DNA of 52,276 bases from the NCBI GenBank assembly GCA_000934665.2, contig JYFJ02002709.1, positions 1 to 52,276 on the forward strand, read 5' to 3'. A program made the translations under genes and the position numbers. Below the pieces are notes generated by a model. It did not search any database and had not been told where the DNA came from. It saw only the letters and a list, made by a program, of their open reading frames with translations. This stretch comes from Catajapyx aquilonaris. Its lineage: Eukaryota. Each line of letters opens with the position of its first letter. Within the stretch, counting starts at the first letter, position 1. This document shows, in pieces, positions 23,518 through 37,408 of this stretch.

Positions 23518-24675
23518 CTGCGTTAAAAAAAAGACAACTGTTAGGTCCCATTTGATAAAAAAGACGGGTTGCATGCCAGCGGAAGGAAGAGCAGTAACTG
23601 TTCTTTCCTTCCCTCCTTTTTCACCTGCTTTCCTTCTGACCCTGGGAGCAATAACAGTGCCAGCTACCGGCCTTTTGTTCTTGAAAATTACCTCATCTAC
23701 AGTCATGTGGTGTATTTCTTTTCTGTATGATACATCCTTACAAGGCAGATAAGGCACTGGTAAAATAAATTACCAGTAGTCATTCTTTATGCCAAAGTAT
23801 TCCCTGCTGATAGTTCTCTGTAGTATGTCAGGGAAAGGCCTTGGCACATTTAAAGGTAACTTCCTAGCACAGATTAAAGTATTTTTATTGCACAACATCA
23901 GGTCAAACAAATCTTAATAGTTTTCTCATGTGGTTTTTCTATATATTGATGTATGGTATTCTAAAATATTATGAATTTAAATTTCACAACAGGCTCACAT
24001 GCCCATGCAGCTTTTTTTCATTATTACATAAACATAAAATTGGTTATAAGAATGCTGGCCTTGTTCCTCCATGTGAGTTAGGCTCCACACTGACTAGCTG
24101 CTTGTGCACTCACCACTTACTGATACAGCATAATGTGCTCCAGTTTACCACGCTCTTCTTGATTATCCAAACTTTCATACAAACATTTCCCACGCACCTG
24201 ATAAAATGAGCTGGTGACTGACGGTTGTTGATGAACTAACCCAATAATGACTCTTCCACCATTCGCTATCGGCGCCAGGCTGCCAAGTCAACTGAATAAT
24301 GCAACAACCTCCACTGTGGGCCAATGTTTACTGTCTAAGCTGGGAGTTGGGGAAACCACAGGAACAGAAATAGGGCTCGGGTGGAAGGAACGGGGGTGAG
24401 TGGGGGGGGGGGGGGTTGCTTCNTTCTCCAATTAACAACTGGCACTGCCGTGGGAAATGTTCACCAGATCATACGGATTGAACTTTCTTTCAAGACTTCC
24501 TCACCTCACTAACTACTTGTACTACGGTTCTGCGTTGGCAAGACACTCAGGCCTGCTGTTGGCAGTGTCGCAAGTGAAACCGGTTTCAAGGTCGTTTCCT
24601 TTCTATACTCTACACCGGGAGTCGCAGACAATAGGCACGGAACCACAGTTATCGACAAAGAACAGTAGCTCCTAC

Positions 24676-24833
24676 CTGTAGGGGTCAGAGTGGAGTCCAA
24701 CACTTTGTTGGTATTGGCAACTGTGGCGGTGCCCACCGTGCTTCCAGACGGCGACAAGGTCCTCCGGTACCTGCCTTCGTACCCCAACATCCTCTCCCTC
24801 CGATGCGCCATGTACGAATCCTTGTGGTACGTC
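24676..24833 (-). CDS. Shroom: Shroom exon
   Basis: ctttttcag|G...ACAG|gtagga, phase 2-1, which is the phase needed to link the flanking exons. TYHKDSYMAHRRERMLGYEGRYRRTLSPSG... Confidence 0.75.
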
Positions 24834-26103
24834 CTGAAAAAGACACCTCCATCAGTGTCCACCCGTCGGCAGCCAAAGATATCGGTACCGTTTCGACAAC
24901 CCTCTTCGAAGACCCATCCTACGGACAACCATCCCCGAAGAAGCTTCTGCAAGAGTGTAAACGAACCTGACGACCGTTACCATCCGACAACGTTCTTCAC
25001 CAGCTCCGTTTCCATTGGCTGAAGGCCAAGTGTTCTTGTCCGCCCAACCAACCGACAAGTGGAAGGCTTCCACAGGAAGTCCTCCAGTTGCTGGTCACGG
25101 ATGGTCTCCTCAACACCTCGGGGCATCGGCCATATTTTTAATCTAACCTCCACAACTCCTGGATTTAAAATGTCTCAAGTGACGTGGTAAAAGAGGAACT
25201 GCGCTTCCGTTCGTACTAACCGCGGTTTTGCGTCTAAACATCTTCCTGTCTAACATCACCAACTCAAGCCTCTCCGTACACAAGGGATCCGAAACCTTGA
25301 CCTACATGTGACCCTCTTCTGGAATTCGTGACGTAGCCCAATTTACCCTTACTCCTGCCTGTAAACAACATACTGTGCTGTACTGGGGATTATGCATGGT
25401 ACGCCGGACAAACGTATAAAAAAGGGCCAGGCCAGCATCGATGTGACGTCACCGCGACTATAATTACTACAGGTGACTACGTCAGAAGGCGACTCGGGGA
25501 AAAATAAGGTTAAAAGGTGTAGGACGAGGAAGCCTAGTGGTTGCCGCGGAATAAATCTATTAACCCGAGGCCGATATTGATGGGTCGGTCAGGGTCACAT
25601 ATTCAATCAGCATGTGCTGTACTGCACGCTGTACTTATACCAATTTGAAGGGGGGCGGCCTTCTGTTTTTTTTACCGCGCGTCCTACCGCTTGCTGGTGG
25701 CAAAGCTTTCACCAAAGTTGCGGTTACCAGTCCCGCATATCTCCGTCCTTGGCGGCACAACACACACTCACATGTCCATCCCACCGGCTCTTCTTATGTT
25801 CTAACCAGGGGGGGTGGATACGCATATTTTTTCAGTATGTGAATATCCATAGTGGAGGGCCACATATCTAGTGGGTAGATGTGTTTATGAGTCACCACCC
25901 CCGCACCCCATAAGGTCAAACACGATCAGTCCGGGGGGGGGGGGGGTGTGCCCGGTGTGACATGTCCATGTGGCTCAACACTGCCGAAGCGTAACGCCAC
26001 ATCTAGACAATTACGCCAAGAGTGTGGGAAAGCGGCTGGAGGTCAGCTGACTCAGCTTTTTTGGACAGCCTTATAAGGCACCTCCAGCAAAATGTGTACT
26101 TAC

Positions 26104-26649
26104 AGAAGGGAGCCGTCGGGTAAAGACCGGTCTTCCAGGAGGAACCGGACCTCGTTGGGGGTCGGCGGAGGTGGCAGTGGCTCGTCGGAGATGATGGCCT
26201 CTTCGGACGGTGGTGGCGGAGGTGGTGGTGGTGGCAAGTCGGGCGATGGACATCTCTCGGAAGCAGGTGGGGCTGGAACATTCTGGTTTGGACTCTCAGG
26301 CGCTCTTCGCTCCAGGTTCCGTAGCTCTTTGGCCGATTCTTCAATCCGCCGGAGCTCCACTTCGGTAGTGGTGGCTGTCGACGATGCCGAGGAGGTTGAA
26401 CACGACGAAGACGTGGAGGCCGTGGGTTGGTGATGCGGCTGCGATCTGGGCAATGGCGGCGGGGGCGACCCCGATGGTGATGGATGTCCATTGGCCTTCT
26501 GGAACTGTGCCCTCAAATGCGGCTTCTTCGGCGGCCTCTCCGGAGGAACCGGAGACAAATCCGGCAGCGGTTTCCTCGGGCTCGGGGGTGGCTCGTCGTT
26601 GTTCTTGCCCCAGGGTATCCCAGCTTTGCCCAAGAACGACAACCTCCCA
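26104..26649 (-). CDS. Shroom: Shroom exon (proline-rich)
   Basis: ttattttccag|T...CT|gtaagt, phase 2-2. PPERPPKKPHLR and SPDLPPPPPPPPP...DEPLPPPP (EVH1/SH3-type motifs). Confidence 0.88.
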
Positions 26650-27822
26650 CTGGAAAATAACAAACCGCCATTTGAAAACCCAGAAAACGTGACCTCCGAA
26701 AGAAACTCCATTCCCAGCGTGACAAAGGAAGCCCCAGGGACTGCTCATTTGCATTCAATTAGTTTGGCGTCAGGGGGGTGGAGGGGGCATCAAGAAATGT
26801 TTCGCCTTCTGCTGGTGTCTGTCACCATTTGCCTGGGACCGGACAAGCCAGCCTGTTTCGCGCCAGGCGGATGCGAATTATCTTTGTGGACGAAGCCTTT
26901 GTAGATAGACACTCAGGCGAACCATCTTCCGACGGTTAGGCCAGATTATTTTTAACCGGACCCAAAAATAGGGGAGTTATCTTTTCTGCGACAGCTGACT
27001 TTGGAACCACCCAATCAGGGGCCAACCCCTGGAGAAATCACTTGGCAGTGTTTGAAGCACAAAGACTATGTTTTGCGGAAATTGAACCAATGGGCGGGCT
27101 TGTGCTCCACAATATAAATAAACTCCTGCGCGAAAAGTAGCAAGCGCGGTTTTTATTTCCGGCCAGGCAGGTGTGACGCACAGGTTGCATACCTTTCAAG
27201 GAAGGTACCCACAAAACCGTGGCACGAAACAGTTTTCAGAGGTTTCAGCAATATTAGCTACTAATATTAGGGGTTGTATAAATCGAGAGTTGGCTACTCC
27301 CATAATAATCAGCCTAATATCGGCAACTACTGTAATATTTGGATATTAGTTGCTGATATTAGCCTAAACCGCGGACACGTCAAATGGAACACGCTCAACT
27401 GATAACCATCTCCGCAAATAAGGGCTAATCAGCATCTAATTTTGCATATGCGTGCCCTCTCCCATGTGCATATTTCATGATCAGTCCACACACGGCTATC
27501 GGAGAATAACGAGTCACTTAGGTGGTTTTGCACGCGCCTGACCTTACACCAGCTTCGGCAATGATGTCGACCTCGACCGACGCCTGATAAGCATCACCGC
27601 CCATGCCCATACAGCATGCCATAAACGCCGTTTCAGACACATAAACAAACCCAGCCCTAAAAATATTTTCGGAAGCCACTTATTGACCCCGATTCCAACT
27701 TTGTATAAGTCTGGTGTCACGGGCTACGGTACCCACGTGCACTTACGCCCAAAAGATAATCATGGCCTCTGATTCATTGCACCGCACCGGTTACCCGATT
27801 TAGACGAATCCGAGGAACTCAC

Positions 27823-27885
27823 CTGAGGAAGGGACTCCGGTACCGATCCCCGGTCGTGACGGACATGGCTACGAAATCCGAACTG
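27823..27885 (-). CDS. Shroom: Shroom small exon with tandem NAGNAG acceptor (alternative start 27882)
   Basis: gtgttgTAG|CAG|...CTCAG|gtgagt, phase 2-2, open frame SSDFVAMSVTTGDRYRSPFL. Confidence 0.6.
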
Positions 27886-29390
27886 CTACAACACGGCACC
27901 GCATTCCAATCCCCGCTTTTTCCTAGGGGAAGGTTGGGCTGGTTCCTGTTTGTATGGTTTAACCCCCCCGGAAAATCCTGGTCACCCAACCGACACAGCT
28001 GCCAGGACCTCTCTGGATATTTTTCGGTGGGGAATGCTGCCCCTGCCAGGTTACACCCCACCCCCCTCCGACTAATCCCCACCACTTACAGGCCCACAGT
28101 ACTGTACCATGGTTGCCAGATTCTTCAAGGTCCTAATCTTATGTCACGTGCGAATTACCAATGGTCCAGCAGGTGCTGACATACCCGGTAGCTTGCAAAA
28201 AAAATACAACAATGTCGCAATTGCTAGGTCGTTGCCATGCATGAAACATTCATGGGCAACAATCTGGCCGCCCAATCTCATTGAAATTCCTGTCCGCTGT
28301 CCGTTTCGGAATTCCTTGCCTTGGAAGGTCGCACCAAAAAGAAGGAAGGCGGATAAGAACCACGAGATTACTATAGAAAAAAAAAACTACTTTCCAACCC
28401 CGAGACATACAAAAACCCGGCTGGCAGATGGCACGTGGCCAGCTGCTTCCGGTTTCTTTGTTACCCTCAGCAACAAAGGCATGCTCGGGCTGTGAGACTA
28501 TGTGGCACACTTGCTGCACATGTGCTCTAACATTGTTTTCTTGCCCTTCACTTGACTTGGATCAAGTTACTAATGACCCCTTCATTCCCGCTTATATTTT
28601 TTTCTTTTACGTCAGTAACTGACGAACGTTGTCAACATTTGGTGCCAAATAGGTGACGTAATCGCACTTGTCGCCTTAATATTAAAAAATGGGGATCAGC
28701 TTCAGGGTATTGCTTCCAGATGGCAGAGCAGAGCAGTGATAGCGCCACAGGCAGGCGGTGGCAGAAACCACAACTACCACGGCCGGTAAGGTGTGTTTCC
28801 TTTAAAAAAAACTATTTGCGAAATATTTGGCAGGTGTTCGCAACAACAGCTGCCATTTAAACTATGGGAAACTGGCCATTTTTTCTTCTCAACCACCCTC
28901 CATGGTCATTTGGGTCCGGCTGACTAGCGAAGTCGAAAAGCATAATGGCGGCCATATTATAGTCCCAGGGGTCCTTGGAAGTTTACTGCCCAGACGGGTC
29001 GGGTTTTCAGCCAGGGGTTAACGAAGCGAGAGATTTTACGGGGGATACACAGTCACACACGTGGATCATCCCACACATTTGGACACAACCCATTTTTTAA
29101 AATGAGAGACAATCAACTCCAATGTTCCGCCCTTAATTACCCCCACTAAGAATGTGCCAAACTGATTAATCGCTACAATCAAGATTAAGATTGGAAGTAA
29201 CGGACTCTTTGAAGGAAGCTTTCAAAACAGTCCAGTTAAAAAAATTAAGTGCCAGTCTCAGACGGTCATATTGGCCATAAATAATTGGCCAAGTATTCCT
29301 GGCTGGCCACGCCAAGCAATTTACTACTCGGCCTTCGATGGTTGATCATGACCTGCCTGACCTTATCACCAGCAAATTGGTCACACTTAC

Positions 29391-29440
29391 CTCTCGTCGC
29401 CGACTTCCCCAGATTCAGTCTCGCCCTGCCCTGGCTCCAC
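29391..29440 (-). CDS. Shroom: Shroom 50-nt exon
   Basis: tattgttgcag|GTG...GAG|gtaagt, phase 0-2, which bridges the phase-0 donor at 32987 and the phase-2 acceptors downstream. VEPGQGETESGEVGDE. Confidence 0.7.
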
Positions 29441-32400
29441 CTGCAACAATATGGCGCAAAAAAATGTATATGAAACGCTTTATCCATATTCAATTTGCAC
29501 TAATAATATGGCTTATCTAATTATCACCACCTGTCACGTAACCACAACTGGAACACATGAGTGGTCAACCTTCGAAAATATCCCGTAACGAGTCACGACC
29601 CTTTACCAATGACCCTTTAATAATGACACGGCGTAATTAACAATGGTCATCTCAAGGTAGCAGGCACGCCCAAAGAATGCCATTTACGACACTGGAAAAA
29701 TAAAAGGTGTAACCAGATGACCTCTTCCGAGTCTACACCTTTGAGACTATGTCGTCCGAAAAAGGCAGAAAAGAAACAATGAGGTCACAAAGTGCCCTGT
29801 TTTTTGACGTCACAACTTTTTCCAATACAAAAATAAAAGCGCCAATAAATTCCTAGCGGGTCGTTACAGGTCCCGAATTTATCAAATTCCTATTCCACTA
29901 AATAGGCTCGATTAAACGAATGTACTGAAAAAAGTCGACCTTGAGAGCCAAAGGGGCCGACATTTTTGACGCTGACCAAGGTCACTTATTGCTTCATTTC
30001 CTAGCAATTTACAATCCATACCGTATCAATTTATTCTCTGTCATTATAGTTATTACAGTCGTGGTTTAATATTCATTAGGAGGGTGTTCACCTTAACCTT
30101 GCCTTACGCTCACCATTTTTATTGCACCTTCCCATATTCATAAATAATGGTGCCGACTTGATTTGCAGGAATGTCTGAAATTACTCCATTATTTAACTAC
30201 CCATATATTGCTGTTTACATCGCCCAACTCATCAGCCTCAAATTTACAACGCCCATTATGCTAATTAATAGCAAGAGTTATACCAAGCCCAAACATTTAA
30301 AGCCTCCAAAAATGTGCCATTTTAATTGCCGATTTTTCAACCATCCCCTAACCCATTCACAAAAAGCTACAACCCGAAAATTTACGACCCAAAAACCGAT
30401 TTAGAAACACGACCCAGGTAATGATCCCCTTTGCACCAAACTACCAATGAACGTTCAGAGGGCCGTATCTAGTGTCGAATATTTACCTACGCCCTTCTTT
30501 GCATCGGAAAAAAAACACGCGGACTTTGCGATTTACAACATGGTGAGGTCACTAGATTCCCCTTTGCCCAAAAAACACCTAAAAACTGGTCAAACCACCG
30601 GATCATTCTGCCCGGATCTGGCGCAAAATCCTAACCAATTCCTAGGACCCAGAACCTGTTCTCCTGCCAGTTATACACCCAGCTGTGCAACTATGCCCTG
30701 CGTATCGCCGCAGGATTAACGCCCTTGATTCAAGGCCGCCCCTATCTGACCACAAAAATATTCAGCAGCCCCGGATAGTGACCCTGAAAGAAGTCAACGC
30801 TCAGGAGGTTATTGGTACCCCCCAAACCCTTCCGGAAACACTGCCTGTGAGGCTGTGCAACTTGCTTCAGAAACACACCCTGATAGAGCAATTTTTGCAC
30901 ACCAGTTGATACCTGGTGGTTCAGTGAACCATGCTGGTGCCCAGTCAGTCAGTCAAGTTTCACCCCTGCCGAGAAAAGCGAGTCCGGACCATGCATCATC
31001 AGGAATTAGCCTACTGCTTGGGCCATTCCACCCTGACAGGTTATGGTCAAAATGGAGATGGCCACATAAACCGGTCCCACACATAGGAGACAAGAAGATG
31101 GGTGATGACCAGGCCGGAAATTAAAAATCCCAGCCTTATTTATTGGTTATTAACATACCTCGACATACTGTCTGACCTAGGACACATGTCAACTGCAATC
31201 AAAGCTAGGAAGCGGAAGATGGTCAATCTCACGTACAGGGTTCATCAAACGATGTCTAGTGACTCACTGCTATTTTTCTACATGCCCCTTTTTATGGCCA
31301 GTCTTCACGTGACACGTGCTTAGATGTCCACGCTGTTGACAGGACGATTTGACAATGGGCGTGTCGCATGTTTAAAATGGCCACTAAAATTGGCCCAAAA
31401 AAATATTACGACCCTTGCTATCAACATGGCAATTAAACTATGCTTCTCTCATCCAGTGTATGCAGCCATACCAGATTAGGTAACACCCTACACGTCAGGT
31501 CTTGCAAGGTTGCAACGGTGGCGGCGTCTACCCGTAGTACCCTCAGGGCCTATCGTCCTTTATATTCCGATGTGCTTTTTTTGTTCGGTCCTTATTCCTG
31601 ATTTTTTGGGCCCCTCGAGCCAAAAGGAAGGGCGTTGAGGAACAATAGGGTCCACAAAACAAATGAATGTGAATTGCAAATGGCCGCCGCGCAAGGCGAT
31701 CAGGGTTGACCGACAGGGAGGGGGAAAAAAGGGTCATGGGTGCCCTCAGGCTGGGATGGTGGAGACTGGTCACTGATCACGGGTAAAGGTCGGCGTTTCC
31801 ATTGAGTATAGGGCCCACGTCAAAATTCGCATTGGAGCAGAGACATTTCCATGTGACACATGAACGTCCATCCGCAATGTTGTTATGATGGGCTGGATAC
31901 CTACAAAAATCTAATTATACTTGCTAATACTCCGTGCCAGCGAAAGTATCTGAAGGTTCAACATTCTGTTACGAACCGCTGTCACACACTATCAACAACA
32001 TGGAAGCAATCCGCTAGGCCCGACACGCATCAAGTGTTATGTCACCTACAGTTCTAAAACAGCTAACAAATTTTGAATCTCGACAGCTACAGCTTGAGGC
32101 CGGATCCTCCAAAATTGGTCAAATCCTGGAACCAGAAAAAAAGAACAACACTGCCTCCATTGTAAATCCATTTGCTGAAGACGTCCCGGAACTGTTACCT
32201 ACTCATAAAACCCTGATGGACAAAGTGCCCGGAAAACTACACGACCTGCTACTAGTGTCTAGGCCCGTTTTACCTCCACTTCCAGCCTCAAAGTAGACCA
32301 AGGCATGACAAGATTTTCGCCTAAGAATCCGCTTCACCCTATCGACCTTTTACATTATCCCCGCCATCAGGAGATAAAACAAGATCAGCCCATTTCACTT

Positions 32401-32986
32401 CGGATTACATGGACACGAAATCAACGGATTAAGGTCCCATCTGCTTTGAAAATTCGTTTCAGATCTTAGGTCTCTTCTTGTCTAACTGACGGGGAGAAAA
32501 AAGTCACGATAAAACATGTGACAAGGTGGCGCTGCTCGTGACTGCCGGGTTAATTCGAATCTTAATTGTGCTAAGATGTCTCTCGAGTCGTGTTATGACG
32601 TAAGACGTGTAATTGGCAGGGCTGGAAGTCACCAGCTTAATCCAGGAGAATGCATGGCGCAATTTCACAGTCGGAATTGGCAAAAGGAGCGTGAAATACG
32701 GTTCCTAAATATTAAGCACTTGGTGAGAAATTAGCTTTTTTTTCGATTTTCCCCACCCTATACCACCTCGTTCCCTATGTTTACCCTGGAGAAATGTACA
32801 GGTGCCAGGTGGAAAAAAAATTCAACGCCCATATGTACTATTACTGGTTCCATTTGCGTCTCAGAATACTTCAAATGCCAGAAATCCCCTGCAATCTTTT
32901 CCTGGGCAGATATACGCAGAGTAATGAGGACTCCTATATAATGTGTATCCAGTTGTTGGCATATGAACAAATCTGGTTTGACGTAC

Positions 32987-35264
32987 CTGTTGAGGTGGTG
33001 CAGTCCTGCTGAACGATGGCACTCGGTCCCGGTGCGTGCTGGTGGTTTGGAGATCAGATGCTGTGGAGGACCTTCTGGAACTGAAGTGAGTCATGGAACT
33101 CTGACTAGAAGACCTCGCCAGCGGGGCCGCACCGACGAAGAAGTGCTGCTGCCCTGAATGCGGTGACTTGGGCGAGGAGGGCAGGTCCCCGCACTCGGGG
33201 TCGGCCTGTTCCGGAAGCCTCCCGAGACGAGATTTGGCCTGCCTTCCAGCAGCCAGCTCGGTCATCCTCTTGAACTCGTGGTAATAGTCCCTGGGCAGGG
33301 ACTGGGCCTGCTTCCTGGACAGGAAAATTGCATTGTCGTGTCCTTTGGCACTGTTGCTGTACGTTTGTGGTGCGGGCTTCCCGGTGTGACGCTCGTAGTA
33401 AGACAACACGGCTCGTTTCTGGAGGGCCTTCAAGGCAGGGTCTGACACCTTGTGCTTCTTCTCCGGATCCAAATACGAGTAAGAAGTCGATGGACTCTCC
33501 ACCAGACTGTTGAACATGTTCTGATAACTTTCGCTTTGTTCGTCGTCTTCGTCTGGACGTCTACGTGGAGACGTTGTAGCACCGCGAGCTTGCTTCTCCA
33601 GCTCCAGAATACGTTCGGCCACCGATGGTGGTTTGCTGGTGTCGACGGTCGGCGAGGTCTGGGGTGACCTGCCCGACTCGTCTGGTACCTCCACATACGT
33701 GTTCAGCGGGAACTTTTTCAGATTTGGGTTGTGTCTTTCGGGGCTGACCAAACTGAGCTGCTTGGGTCGTCCCTGCCTCTCCTTGTCTTCGCGGGTGTAG
33801 TACAGGACACTCTCGGAGTTGTGACGTTGCGGGGCTTGTACTCTTGCACTGTGGGCTATCAGCTGCTCCCGCAGTTCGTACCGTTGAGAACTACCTCCAC
33901 TGAGGACACTAAGGTCACTAGTCGACCCGTGCCACTTCAGTGTCTCGTTGGAACTGTTGGAGCTGCTGTTGGTCACCACTGTGGTTACGCTCTCGCGCCC
34001 GCTGGGGTGTGACGGTGGGTCGTCCTTGTCGTCGTCTGTACCGACACACAACTTTTCACTATCCCTCCTGAGCTGATCCAAGAACGGGGTGCTGCTTGAC
34101 AGGGACGATGAGGATTCACTGGAGATGTAACTATGGTACCCTTCTGAATGTGCGTAATGATGAAAAGCCTCGTCGTATTTCTTGGCGTACTCCTCCAGTT
34201 CGCTTTGGGTCAGTGTCTTCATCGAATGGGTTTCGACGTCACGTTCTGGCGGCGACGGTATTGTGTAGTCCTTATCGCCCAAGATCTTACCATCGCGGTC
34301 GTATTGCGGAAGATGTGACGAGTATCCTTCTTCGAGTAACACTTTGTAGTTCTTTTTGGGCTCGAAGGCCTCTGGAGGAATCTTCTCGCAACGTTCCAGC
34401 ACGGTCTTCAGCTGCTGCGTGTACGCCGGATTGGTCCTTTTCATGTAAGGTCTGGTGTACCCCACCTTTTCCTTCGGATAGTCCGTGTGTTCAGCCCAGG
34501 ACTTGCTTCGGTAGTTACCTCCAGCCGCTGGCTTAGGAGGAGGTCCACCTTCGACTTGGTTGGCTGCCGTTGCAGGTACGGGCCACGACGGGTACTTCTC
34601 ATGCCCAGGTCCATACTTGATATACTTCAGACTAGAGGCATCACGTACCGGAGGCTGCGGAGGCTGCGATGGCTGCACATTGTTCAGCATCTCCGGTTCG
34701 CTCTTGGTCCAGCTCTGGTGGTGAACATCGTGATGACCAGGGTCGTGATGACTCGGGTGGTACCTTCCTTGATCGTGGGTCAGGCTGTCGTAGGACGGAT
34801 ACCTCGCGTGAGCCGCGGGGAGCATGGCATACGACGACGACCTGACATGTGCCACATACTCATCCTTTTCTTGCTTGCCATGCCAGGCAGAGGTCGGGGC
34901 AAAGTTCAACCCCGACTTGTTCTGCAAATATGTATAAATAGACGCCTTTTTGGTCATCTCCAGGTGTTGCTCCAGATTCGGAGTTGACCTGGCGCTGACC
35001 AACGTAGCACCCTGCGGCTGGTATTGCGGCTGGTGGTGATGGTGCTGGTGCTGCTGGTACGGGGGGCGGTGACCCTGCATGTCGGATGGATCAGCGTCTA
35101 CATCCTGTGCCAGAGTCGGGGTCGACTTGGCACTGAGGATGACCCTGCTGGACTTATCCGCCGGTACCCGATTAAGCGAATCGGAGCTCGGAAAACGCGC
35201 CAGGACACGCTGGGACTTGACATGTTTTCGTCGACCTGGTGAAGCCCGCAGTTGAGGCGACTCC
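32987..35264 (-). CDS. Shroom: Shroom large exon (2278 nt; includes ASD1-like actin-binding region)
   Basis: tttgtgtttgcag|G...CAG|gtacgt, phase 2-0, open throughout. Motifs KYIKYGPGHEKYPSWPV, SNETLKWHGSTSDLS and YLDPEKKHKVSDPALKALQKRAVLSYYERH. Confidence 0.9.
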
Positions 35265-36749
35265 CTGCAAACACAAACAAAAATACTTAGTACGAATCAC
35301 TTCATTAATCAACAAGTAAGCGACAGATGGCGACACCCAGGATGCACCAACAAGTAAACCAGTCAGCACCTTGCAACATCGCCTTTTCAATGAGACCAAA
35401 AACACCGGTAGCCCATATCATCCCATAGGAAAACACACCATATGTCACTCTTGACATGACTTTCACTATGCGATTCATACGCTTGTGCAAAGTCTTCATA
35501 ACGGGGTCAGTTCGCTCACGTGGGGTAAGCCTGGTTGTGTTGTGATTGCCCGACGCCGCCATGATAAATCACAAGTCATTTTTAATAAAGATCCCGAATG
35601 GCAAAATCCTGTCTGCATAGACACGGTTTGTTGACCGGTATTGGTCGAACAAAAGGCCGACACAAGTCTTGCGGGTAGACCAACATGGCCGGTTCCCTTC
35701 AGGCTATACAAGTCTACCTGTAAAATGGCTTACAAGAGCTTGCTGACCAGCAGAGTGGGCGGTTCGCCTTGAACCTGACTGATCGTCAGTGAGGTTTGGT
35801 CCTGCATGCGGAACCAGTCACAACTTGGGATTGGCCCCCCAAAAAAAGTCTTTTACGCACCAAATTACATACAAGTTACAACAATAGGAGACCAAATTTA
35901 CTTTTCTGCCAGTGAACCTCGAAAATTCATCTACCATAAAAGTGTACGGACTTGCCCCACTTCACGTGTGTGCCAACCGACCCATATTGACGACAATATT
36001 TACCACACTTTCAGCAAGCACTGCTGCGACAAAGAGAGCAGGTACGCCCATTGGGTCCAACATTCATGTCATTTACATGCTCCAGCATGTCGCGTTTTCA
36101 CTATCCTCGAGTTAGTAATGCATCGCGCAAAGTGTAATATAAAATCACACACGTGGCATATCTGGCATGCCTTCGTGCCTTCTTCTGGTGAGAAATTCCG
36201 ACTCTCACTTTCCACAACCCAAGACATCGCAGCAAAAGCGTCGTCACGGAGAGCCCAACCATACCAAATCTCATTTGCGACCCTCATCTCTCATGTTATA
36301 CACAGGGGGAGGCAGGTAGGAGGGGAGGCCCACCTTCATCCTCACATGTTGCAATTTTCTCTTGACATGACAAAACTTTTCCACCAACACAAAAATATGT
36401 GGGAACGGCCCTTTTTTTTGTCAAACAACAAATGGCAAAACAACCCTCCGAAAAAAAAAGGGTCCCCCGCATATGTCATTTTTACGACTCCATGTTGGGC
36501 CAACAGCCTTTGGCCCAGTATTGAGAGTGTCGACCACCCAAAACCTAACGCCAGATCTGATCTCAGGCCTGAGCATTCCATCTGTCACACCACAGTATCG
36601 TTTGTAAACGGCCGGTAAATGCCTTTCACCTCTCAGAAATTCCTCATCGATCTGTGCTGCCTGTCACTGACAAAATGGGTGCTTGGAATTCGGCAGGTGA
36701 CTTACATAGCGTTTAAATAATGGCGCCATTATTATTGTGACGTCCCCCT

Positions 36750-36765
36750 CCACTAGATGGCGGGG
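36750..36765 (+). promoter_or_regulatory. CTCF-like motif (forward)
   Basis: CCACTAGATGGCGGGG fits the CTCF core consensus. Confidence 0.45.
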
Positions 36766-36829
36766 ATGTCGATTGGTGGACCTGGTCCTGGTGGGAGGCT
36801 CTCGTGTGTTTTTCAGTCGTAAGGTAGCC

Positions 36830-37408
36830 CAGGTTGAGGCTAGGTCTATTACCGTATTACCTCTCATATTACAGCACGCCGGTATAAAACGAGGTCGACC
36901 AGCATGGCGGTATAACCCGGGGTTGGCCGTCATGCCGAAATAACCGAGGTACATTTCCGTAATTTTGATCCTTGCCAAATTTTTTGGAATGCTTCTGGTA
37001 CCACACTAAAATAATGTTACAATGAAAATGAGTGAGTTCTGTTGCACAGTGCATTAAAAAAGGTAGAGTGTATGACCCATCCCATCGTCAGCCTGCTTTG
37101 ACAGGGGAACCCCCTGTTCTAACATAATACTGTTTAAATAGAGATTATTGCCAAACACGGCAATTGAAAACAATATATGGTACCCTATTTGGAAAATGTG
37201 CCTTTTCGATAGCCTTTGCGTGAATTTCGATTTTCAGGCAAATGTCAAGTTCAGAAAGGATAACGTAACTTATGTGAAAACCTCGCCTTATACCGGCATG
37301 CCGGTATAGCCACCAGATCATGCATTTCTAAAAACTGGTCGACCTCACCTACACCGGCATGCCACAATATGAGAGGTAATACGGTAAATAGGTACTGACC
37401 TCTACCTG
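36830..37408. mobile_element. Diverged MITE with ~75-bp TIRs
   Basis: TTACCGTATTACCTCTCATATT...GAGGTCGACCAG versus CTGGTCGACCTC...AATATGAGAGGTAATACGGTAA. Confidence 0.65.

Noticed and set aside
32861..32986. C-terminal tail of the 739-aa ORF
   Set aside because: Read-through past the CAG|gtacgt donor at 32987 into intron.
33328..35242. Plus-strand ORFs overlapping the large exon
   Set aside because: Antisense shadows of the Shroom coding sequence.
35806..36618. 270-aa plus-strand ORF
   Set aside because: Antisense within a Shroom intron, with no recognisable domain or coding-like composition.
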